Of a DNA stretch of 64,000 nucleotides, positions 45,601 to 64,000 are shown piece after piece. Source of the stretch: the human T2T-CHM13v2.0 reference genome, Homo sapiens; NCBI RefSeq assembly GCF_009914755.1, contig NC_060927.1, one strand, 5' to 3'. Below the pieces are notes generated by a model that saw only the letters and a program-made list of their open reading frames with translations, had not been told where the DNA came from and ran no database searches. How positions within the stretch are numbered: the stretch's first letter is position 1; each line of letters starts with the position of its first letter. The translations under genes and the position numbers were made by a program.

Positions 45601-46497
45601 GTGAAGAGGAAAAAACAAAAAAAAGTAGTCCCAGGCTTATATTCCTGGAGAAGGTAAATTAGAGGATCTCTTGACTGGAGGATTCCAGACCCAGTTGAGA
45701 GTATGAATACTGTTCTGCAAACTACACTTACTGAATCCTTGACTGCAGAAACCCCTTTTCCCCAGTGGGGCAACCAAACTCAAAGAAACTAAAATCTTTA
45801 GTTTCCCTTACCTTACAATAAAGCTCAAAGACAGCAAATCTCATCCATGCACCCAAAGATTCCAATTTGTTTTTAATCTTATCTTTTAAAAAAATAAAGA
45901 GGTTGCAAAGGAATATCAGGCTTTTTAGGAAACCCTCGAATATGGATGATAAAGACCAAAACACACAGAGAAAAAAACCCACAATGGCCTGTAATCCAGC
46001 ACTTTGGGAGGGTGAGGCAGGAGGATCACTTGAACCCAGGAGTTCAAGACCAGCCTGGACAACACAGTAAGACCCTCATCTCTACAAAAAATTATAAAAA
46101 TTATTCCAACACAGTGGCGAACGCCTGTACTCCCAGGTATAGGCTGAGGTGGGAGGATCACTTGAGCTCAGGAGGTCGAGGCTGCCAAGAGCTGTGATTG
46201 TGTTGTGCCACCACACTCCAGCTTGGGCAACAGAGGGAGACCCTGTCTGGAAATTAAAAAAAAAAAAAAGAAAGGAAAAGAAAAAAGAAAAAAATCCACA
46301 ATGAAAGAACTTGAACTATCAGATTAAAATAGCCTATCGAATGCCTAACACGTTAAATATCACAATAATGGAGGACCAGATTCTATAAACTTTTACAGTT
46401 AAAAAAAAAAAAAATACAGGCCCAGCGCAGTGGCTCACGCCTGTAATCCCAGCACTTTGGGAAGCCGAGGCGGGCGGATCATGAGGTCAAGAGTTCA

Positions 46498-46725
<228 letters not shown>

Positions 46726-46932
46726 TCAGGAATCCGAATGACTTCAAACTCTTCAACAACACTAGAAGACATAATGGAGCAAAGCCTCCTAGATTCTGAA
46801 GGAAAACTATCTCCAATTTACAATAATCAGCAAAACTATCAGTGAGGGACAGAACTAGAGAGATATTTTCTGACATTCATGATTACAAAAATTTGAACCT
46901 CCATGATTCCTTTCTCTCTTTTTTTTTTTTGA

Positions 46933-47266
<334 letters not shown>

Positions 47267-47794
47267 TAGGATATAGGAAACGGGACATCCAGCATAGGAA
47301 AGAAGCGAAGGAAATCTCCAGAAGGCCAATGGAGGGAAATCCCTGGGTGACAACTGTGCACCGGATACAAGAATCCACAATTATGTGACCCCTTCTAGCA
47401 ATTTCCAACTATCATCTACATAATGGCCTTTTTTTCTTGAGAGTGCCAGGGAGGGAGGAAGGGAGGAAAGTGGTTGGAGGAAGAGCAGAGAGAGGGAAGG
47501 AGTAACAGAGAAGGGAAGGAAATAGCCCATATTTTCAAAGTTAGCCCCTTTAAGTATATCCTCTCCCCTTTGGAGGAGGTGAATGGTAAAACCTGTGCTA
47601 GGTCTTCAGATACTCCAGGTAGCTGAACAACATTAATAAAATAGTATAGCACCACAGTGTTTCCCAAAGCAGGGGATATATACTATTCATGGTTTACAAA
47701 ATGATTATAAGAGATATGTATACAAGATATAAACTAAAACTGATATAAGGAAAAAGTCTCAGTTAGGTGCTAGTATATGTTTAATACTTCTTTA

Positions 47795-49632
<1,838 letters not shown>

Positions 49633-50385
49633 CTACATACCCTGGAGACTATACTGAACACTTTTGGTTTAGTAGATAAAAGAACAGGTACTGAGTTTGA
49701 AATCCAGCTTCACTACTTGGGCAACTCCATGGATCTAGGGTAAAGATAATAATGGTACAAACTTCACTGAATTGCAGTGAAGAATGAATAAGATAGTGTA
49801 TATAAAGTACCTAATTTAGAGTCCGGCATATAAAAAACATTCTAAGTTAGCAAAAATTGTGTACCTCCGCTAGTAAAACAAATTCTTCAAGTGAAAAGCT
49901 GAACTCGCTCAATTTTTAAGTGTATTATACTCACTAGTAAACCTGGGAACTAGATTATCACCTAGGAACTAGGGTATCGGGTTAACTTCAATCTTTCAAC
50001 TTCTGAGAACTTCAGTGAATTCACGAACTTCCAGAAACTGAATACAGAGTATTGTATATATGCATATGTACATCTTTGTAGGTCTTGCTTCTATTAACAT
50101 TTTTTTTTTTGAGACGGAGTTTCGCTCTTTTGCCCAGCCTCCCCAGTAGCGGGGACTACAGCACATGCCACCACACCTGGCTAATTTTTGTATTTTCAGT
50201 AGAGACAGGGTTTCGACACGTTGACCAGGCTGTTCTGGAACTCCTGACCTCAGGTGATCCACCCGCCTCCATCTCTATTAACATTTGAAAGCAATCTGTC
50301 CTCTATGGAGCACAGTCATTGTGTTCTTAAAACACAAATGGAGGCCGGGCACAGTGGCTCGCAGGAGGCTGAGGTGGATGGATTA

Positions 50386-50601
<216 letters not shown>

Positions 50602-51688
50602 TCAAAACAAAACAAAAAACACAAATTTGGACATATTATTAAATACCCTTTATCTATTATTTATTTCACTCAAATTAGCACTCGAATTCTTTAACTGTGA
50701 CCTACAAGACCTTTCATGACGGCCTGGCCCGTTACCCATCAAACAGGACCTCCCCTGACCACCCTGGTTCAAGTGTATCCTACCCTTCCCCATCATTCTT
50801 CTCTTTACTCAGCTTTTTGGTTTTCATAATAATTTATCACCATTTGAAATAATATTAGGTATTTGCCTACTCAATGATTATTGACTGCCTATACCACTAG
50901 GTAGTATGCTCTAAGAAGCTAAGTTCAGTTCACCCTTATAACCCACTGCCTTTAAGTATCTAGCATTTGGCAGGCTCTTAAGAGTTATTTACTGAATGAG
51001 TAACATATGGCATCTGGGCTATCTGGCAAGTGGTGAGTTCTAACAAAAGTTATCAGTGCAGTCGTTTATGAACCACATTATGCCAAGAGACTATACTCAG
51101 AACTAGAACACTGACAACTGTGGAAAAACTGTAGAATCAGCATGGAGTAATTGTTGACTGGCAGTCAGCTAAGGAGCAGCCAGGATAATGATTGGCTGGC
51201 AGTCAGTCATCTAACAGTTCATCAAACAAGTCCCAAACAGACCAGCTGATAATAATACCCAATTAAAGCTACTATAGAATTCTACGTCAGAGGTATTTCC
51301 AAAGTTTGATTCACTACTATTGTTTGGCATTCCCTTCACAGTTGTTTTATATTACAAATAAAACCAAATACATTCTTGTTCATCTGTTCTGTCACAGTAA
51401 ACGGTAAATATTTTCTACCTACTCACACATCCGATTTGTCTTAAATGTACACTGCTGAAAATAAAGGGGACTTTTAAACTACAGGGCTCCTGCTCAAGAA
51501 ATGTAAAAATGGGCATGGTGGCTCATGCCTGTAATCCCAACACTTTGGGAGGCTGAGATGGGCGGATCACCTGAAGTCAGGAGTTCGAGACCAACCTGGC
51601 CAACACGGCCTAAAAATACAAAAAAAGAAATGTAAAAATGTGTTTTTAAACATACATAAGGTCATGTAGAATGCAAAAGAATGTACAG

Positions 51689-54130
<2,442 letters not shown>

Positions 54131-54193
54131 AAAAGAATGTACAGAAAGATTTCAGATATGGAGAAAAAATAGTTCCACTTACAGGAAATATAA

Positions 54194-54592
<399 letters not shown>

Positions 54593-54739
54593 TAGATTCC
54601 TGGATGTTAACTTAAAATAGTCCCATAGGAACCCAGTGTGGTGGCTCACGCCTGTAATCCCAGCCTGAGGCAGGTGGATCATCTGAGGTCAGGAGTTCGA
54701 GACCAGCTGGGCCAACATGGTGAAACCCTGTCTCTACTA

Positions 54740-54914
<175 letters not shown>

Positions 54915-54986
54915 TTAATTTAGGCTGGGCGCAGTGGCTCATGCCTGTAAATCCCAGCACTTTGAGAGGCTGAAGCGGGTGGATCA

Positions 54987-55283
<297 letters not shown>

Positions 55284-55422
55284 TTAATTAAAAAAACAGT
55301 AAGATAAATAACACTTCTCCCATTTCAGTAAAAGGATGAAGCCAGTTTCTCAATGAATAAAAACAAGAGACTGTTGAATGTCAAGTTTTATAGACAGTCC
55401 AGACAACACAGGGAGACACCAT

Positions 55423-55425
<3 letters not shown>

Positions 55426-55459
<34 letters not shown>
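55426..55459. repeat. (CA)n microsatellite in an Alu central linker
   Basis: ctct(ac)n-aaaatagctg within the Alu at about 55395-55645. Confidence 0.9.
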
Positions 55460-55463
<4 letters not shown>

Positions 55464-56184
55464 AGCTGCGTATGGTGGCATGGGCCTGTAGTCCCAGCTA
55501 TTGGGGCAGGGCCAGGGGGTGGGAGGCTGAGGGGAGAGGATGCCTTAACAGGGAGGTTGAGGCTGCAGAGAGCCATGATCACGTCACTGTACTCCAGCCT
55601 GGGTGATACAGCAAGACTCTGTCTCAGAAAAAAAAAAAAGAAAAAAGTCAAGAATGCATTCTTGAGGAATTCCACCAACAAAATGCACCAAATATAGCCA
55701 AAGAGTTTTCTGCTATATGCCAAGTGGAAAGCTATGAAGAAAGAGAAGAACAGAAGCAGGAGGACATTGGTTTTCATCTCCTATTCTTTCAAGAAGTAAG
55801 ATCCATTATCTTTTAAAAAGTCTAAACACTGGTAAGGCAAGACACAACTCCCACCCATAACACTGCATCTCTGTCCTCAGGCAACAAATCAAATGTCAGA
55901 TAAAAGCACAATATCTACCACTCAACCCCCAGGCTTCAGCACAGAACTCACAAACATTCTGCTGGCTAAGGCAAAAAGGTGTACTGTATTTCCAGAGAGC
56001 TTGCAGAGTTCTGAGCACTAATCCCATAATCCTCATATCTCAATCTACACAAAGCACCATCAGGCTAAGAAACAGATTATATAGCAGGCACAACACTCTT
56101 GGGTATGCAAACATGTTAAGGATCAAAGTAAGAAAAGAGTAACTATAGGGGCCATACTATATTTGCCAAAAAGTGACTTGTTTA

Positions 56185-56582
<398 letters not shown>

Positions 56583-57581
56583 TTATTCTGATGCTCATAA
56601 TCCAGAAGAATATAGGGTTGTGATAAAGGCATTTTCAACTCAACAGTCATTTCAGCCTTCTCACCCTGTGGTCCACCTCTAGAAATAACTTCAGTGAATT
56701 GTTGCATTCAGAGAATTTCTAAAAATAAGTTAAGTAGTACCAGATTAATAAACTATAAATTAGACAACAAACTTTCAAAAACCCTGGAAAGGTTTTGCTG
56801 GTTTTTTTCAGTTTATCATATCCTGTAAAAAATAAGAAAGCACAACTATGTTCAAGGTGCAAGATTATTAGGGAGCAGCACACATACAAAGTACAATGAA
56901 GTAGCTTCGGGACAAGTCAAATCTGGAGAGACTACAATTATTAAAAACTTACTACCTGTACTTAGGGTATCATTTTAAGTGATTTGAATCCTAATATTTT
57001 AAGGTACATCTGTCACATTAAAGCTAAATCTGAGGCATAAATGTTTCAGTGAAAATGTTATTTTATCAACGTCTAGAGAAGTAAGCCAAACTAGAACACC
57101 CACTTAAGTTTTCTCATGGATTGTACTGCCGCCAACTACTCTCCCAAAAAATGAGATTAGATTCCTTTGGACAGTGGTAAGAATTATCACAATTCTGACT
57201 AATGCAGCAAGCTTCTCAGGAGTTAAGTGTACAAGAACTACAAGTCCTAAAACTTCTGTCCAAAAGAGAGTCAAGAAGCAGCTGGACAAACTTAGGGTTA
57301 AGGATGACTTTGTTTTGCCCTATCCCTTGGCTCTATCCTTTTGCTTAGCAAGGGCTAGCAGTCAAATCTTCCTATTGCCCTTTCTGAGTAGGGAAACACC
57401 CACATGCAATAAACAATGTAAATACTTCAGGCATGGACATTTTTAAGTTTTCTTCAAAAACGCCTTAGCAAATCAATCATTATAATCAGGCACTTTGAAA
57501 AACCTCATTTTTGAGTTTTTCCTCAAATACTATATTTCACTCAAAAATATTAAGGCGGCCAGGCGTGGTGGCTCATGGCTA

Positions 57582-57905
<324 letters not shown>

Positions 57906-59125
57906 TTAAGGTTTTAAGAGATTCTTAGATCTACCTAAAACCTAACTTCTGAGAACCCAGCAATGCTTTTTGTGTAGTTCCGACTCAAAAAAGTTTACTT
58001 AGTCAAGAGAACTCAGAATTTAACACAGCTTTACAATTTATTCAGCTCATCTTTCCATTATCTCACAGAACTGTTAGAATTAAGCAGGCTAAAGCAGGTA
58101 TTATTCATACTATCCCTTTTTTTGATGAAGAAAAAAAGTAAAATTCAAAAGGTTTAGTGACAATTTAAGAGAAGCAAAATTAAAAATTCAGATACTCAGA
58201 CTTTACATCTCTTTCCATTATAATACACTGATTTGAATGGTACAATGGGATTTGAAATTTTTATTGTTTAATGATGTTACTATTACCTTTAAAATTTTTG
58301 TTTGTTTTTCACAGTTGATCTGTACTTTGAAACCTAGGACTTAATTTTTGGAATACAGTAATGTAGTGGTTAAGAGTTTTAGGCACTGAACTCAGAAAAA
58401 CCCAGGCTGGAAGTTTAAGAGCTATCTAGAAGAGTTCCTAATTATTGTACTGTACTGTATTTATTTAATCTTTTTTTTGTAGAGGTGGGGTGGGGTGAGG
58501 GGGGTGTCTCACTATGTTGCCCAGGCTAGTCTCGAACTCCTGGCCTCAAGCAGCGTCTCAGCTCAGCCTCCCAAAGAGCTGGGATTACAAGGCATGAGCC
58601 ACTGTGCCTGGCTTATTACATTACTTTTAAATAAATATTGTTTGTAAATAATGCATCAGACCTCTGTGTGGAGGAAAGAAAAAGACTGTATATACCATGT
58701 CTTATATATCACAAGCAATTAAAATTTTTCTTCATATTTAAGAGATTTTTACTTCACTTCTAAACAACAAAGGATTTAGCTTAAATTCATTAGAGCAGTC
58801 ATATTCTTAATGCTTTTTTATAACTTATCCTTTCTTTTTACTCATTAAATAATATACTAATAGATGGTGTATCAAAAATCTAATCTTTGTTTTTTAGAGA
58901 CGGAGTCTCCCTTTGTCACCTAGGCTGGAAGTGCAGTAGCTTCATCATAGCTCACTGTAGCCTCAAACTCCTGGGCTCAAGCAATCCTCCCACCTCAGCC
59001 TCCTGAGTAGCTGGAAAAATATAATCTTTCATTCATGCAGCTAACATTATAATCTACAGCAAATGGATAAAGAATTAAGACAGGCAGAAATATAATAACG
59101 ATATTACCGGTTTCTTTTAAGTCTT

Positions 59126-59722
<597 letters not shown>

Positions 59723-59847
59723 TTTTAAAGTCATTATTAAAATCTTCATTACCGGCCAGGCGTGGTGGCTCACGCCTGTAATCCCAGCACTTTGGGAGGC
59801 CGAGGCGGGCAGATCACGAGGTCAGGAGATCGAGACCATCCTGGCTA

Positions 59848-60181
<334 letters not shown>

Positions 60182-61372
60182 TCAGCCATGCACGGTGTAG
60201 CACATGTGTAGTCCCAGCTATTCAAGAGGCTGAAGTGGGAGGATCACCTGAGCCCAGGGAGGTCCAGGTTGCAGTGAGCCATGATTGTGCCACTGCATTC
60301 CAGCCTGGGCAACAGAGTGAGACCCTGTCTCAAACAAACAAACAAACAAACAAAACAAATAAATAAATTTTAAGTGGTCACAACACTGGAAAAAAAATAA
60401 CTTTCACACATAAAAAGTTTCTGCTGAGCAAATATGCTCAAATGTTAGTTTCCTAACCAGTCCAAAAGGGCACTCTCATGCACTGCAAGGTGATGTGTAC
60501 GTGTCAATATTTTTCGTTTCCTCACTCCTCTTTCTCAATTTCTGACCACAAACTGGTAACTTCATCAGATGACAGCCCAGAATAAACACACATGAAGAAA
60601 TAAGCCACTCTACTCTTCTAAAAGTTAGCAGGGGCTGTACAAGTTTACAAAACAGACTCCTACATTTTAAAAGTGTAACTTTAAAAATACAAGTTAAAAA
60701 CGAGCTAGTTCAAAAACAATTATGCTAAAACAAATCAGTTCCACAAATGATACCTGGAGCCAACTTTATTTTTAACTCTCACCACAAATAAGCTTAAATT
60801 ATTTTCATTTTAAATCACATTGTCTGGACTCTTTTTTAACCCGAGTTTTTCTTTTCACCTTCAAATCAGTCATTGTTTTCTTCATCTAGTCAGCAACTGC
60901 TGATTTTTAAAATAAACAGATGTGTATTCAAAGTACACCATTAACACAAGTACCAAAACACACAATGTACAAATAAAATATGGTTTAGGAATGATTATTC
61001 AGATAGCCAAGTAACAGCGAAGTTAAAAAAAAAAAAAAAAAGCTACATAATGAAGTAGGAAGGAAGGGGGAAAAAAATCACCTGGAAACACTAACGATTT
61101 CCACACTAATTTCTCTTTCATACTAAAGGCATTAATTTTCACAGTAAATCTTGCATATTCAACAAGTGGTTAAAAAAAATTAGCCCTCCTCAAAGATAAG
61201 GACACAGAATATAAGTGAATCATTCATTCTACACACTGGCATCACTCATTTGGCAGAGGAGATGTGTCCTCAAGAGAAGAGGTATTCCCCCAAGTTTACA
61301 TCTTACCAAAGCAGTTTCAAGAAGTAACCATCTATATTAGCCGGATGTGGTGGTGCACACCTGTATTCCCTA

Positions 61373-61480
<108 letters not shown>

Positions 61481-61610
61481 TCAAAAAAAAAAAAGTAACC
61501 ATCTGATTCAGCCAGCTCCCCTACACTTCCTTCTGGAGTCAATGGCTTTCAAATAGAAAAATTCCCATCGGCCGGATGCGATGGCTCACGCCTGTAATCC
61601 CAGCACTTTA

Positions 61611-61889
<279 letters not shown>

Positions 61890-62325
61890 CTAGTCTTTAG
61901 TGGTGCGCTCAATAGTAAACTTTAACAACTTCTAAGAGTTACAGTAAGACACCTGTAAAACTGATAATATCATTTGTTCTTCAGAAATTACTTTTAACCA
62001 ACTTTTCAATAATAATTTTCTCAAAAGAAAGACATGTTTAAAATTTTTCCCTGGCCAGGCATGGTGGTTCATGCCTGTAATCTCAGTAATTTGGGAAATC
62101 AAAGCAGTAGAATGGCTTGAGCCAAGGAGTTCAAGACCACCCTGGTCAACAGAGTGACACCTCATCTTTATAAAAATAAAACAAAATTAGCTGGGCATGG
62201 TGACACATGCCTCTAGTCTCAGCTACTAAGGAGGCTGAGGCGGGAGGATCACTTGAGCACAGGAGTTTGAGGCTGCAGTGAGCTATGATCGTGCCACTGC
62301 ACTCCAGCATGGGGGCCAGAGACTG

Positions 62326-62326
62326 T

Positions 62327-62353
<27 letters not shown>
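62326..62353. repeat. (CA)n microsatellite replacing an Alu tail
   Basis: About 13 CA units directly after the Alu at about 62053-62325. Confidence 0.9.
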
Positions 62354-62361
<8 letters not shown>

Positions 62362-62616
62362 CTGTTAGTTACACCATTAATTCATTAAAGCTCTAAATTA
62401 TACCCTGCTATTTTGCCAGAGGATAAAATAGTAAATGAAACACAAAAATATAACCTAGGGTCAGGCTCACACCTGTAATCTCAACACTTTGGGAGGCCAA
62501 GGTGGGAGGAGTGCTTGAGCCCAGGAATTCCAGATCAGCCTGGGCAACTGAGGGGGAACATCAACTCTACAAAAAAATTGTTTTTAATTAGCTGGGCAGC
62601 CAGGCACAGTGGCTCA

Positions 62617-62913
<297 letters not shown>

Positions 62914-64000
62914 TCAGGCATGGTAGTCATGCCTACAGTCCCAGCTACTCAGGAGGCTAAGATAGAAGGATTGTCTGAGCCCAGGAGGTCGAGGCTGGAG
63001 TGAGCCGTGACTGCATCACTGCACTCTAGCCTGGGTGACAAAATGAAACCCCATCTCAAAAAAGAAAATATAACCTACATAATTATATACCAAAGCATTG
63101 AAGAACTACATGTATTTCCTATAATCTTGTTATAATCCATCATCCAGTATAGGACATTGCACAAAATTAGGTACTCAAATATCTGCTGAATATCAATGGA
63201 GAAAAGTTAACAATTACAATATTTTCCTAACCCTTTTTCATGAATACCGAATCACTATCACATAAATCTAAAGAACCAGAATGCCTCTCTATAGACTGTA
63301 ACCCAGCATGGAATGAAAGGAAAAAAAGAATAAAGAGCACCATTCATTCAACAATTTCTAAGAATCTACTTTCAACTGTTAGCTGCTTTGAGGAATATAA
63401 AGTTCAGGGAGACATGGTCCTTGCATTTCAGAACCCCTTAAAGTAGAAGTAAAAACCACCACCGTTTAACAAAAATTGAATATGTGCTAGGCACTGGGCT
63501 AAGAGCTTTCAGGAAGACAAGTAGGCCTACAACAAAATATGAAATTAAAGGTAGGGAGGATTCTTAAGAAACGTACTATAAGAATCTGAAATGTGGTAAG
63601 GTCACTTCTAGCTTGAGTGGAAGAAGAGGTAGACAAGGATATTTCATTGTGTATTTGAGCTTAAAGGGGCAATATTTCAACAGACTAACGCAGAGGTAAA
63701 ACAAAAGCTAAAGTGTGCCCAGGGAATAAGCACAGACAAGCAGGTAAAGAAATGAGCCTGATGAAGGATACAGCCTTTCTTATTACATAACTTTGTTTCC
63801 TTTTATTTTAAATATTCACAATTAATGTCTTTACAAAGGCACTCATTATAAATAGCAAGCCTTTTTACTTCTAAAATGTTTACCCTGCTTTTTTTCTATA
63901 GCACTTAAACATTACATGTATTAGAGGGGATCTTTTAACCCCTTCTTTGTTTTATCTTTCCTTTCCTTCTCCCAATAACCAATTATTCTTCAGTGTTTCC

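Overview
This is primate, almost certainly human, genomic DNA covering most of RAF1 (C-RAF kinase) on the minus strand. I located coding exons 2-13 base by base (ATG at 31523; aa 1-472). All have AG/GT boundaries and splice in frame to a protein matching the human RAF1 sequence as I recall it: RBD, C1/CRD zinc finger, S259 14-3-3 site, SSYY N-region, and kinase up to HRDMKSN. There is also a 60-nt in-frame alternative exon and a U12-type (minor spliceosome) donor after exon 13. Exon 1/promoter lies beyond the right edge and exons 14-17 beyond the left edge. Introns are very repeat-rich: roughly 75-80 Alus by eye, a 5'-inverted L1PA, an L1 tail inside an Alu, an MST-type solo LTR and a Tigger3a nested in an old L1M, a retroposed U13 snoRNA copy, FAM monomers and MIR/L2 relics. 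Nearly all ORF-track entries are Alu/L1 artefacts. I found no convincing new biological system. The best leads are RNA-processing features (minor intron, candidate intronic polyadenylation, terminal/micro/recursive exons, inverted-Alu pairs) and unusual retrotransposition structures. Exon coordinates are exact. Repeat boundaries are approximate and subfamily names are by recall, not by search.
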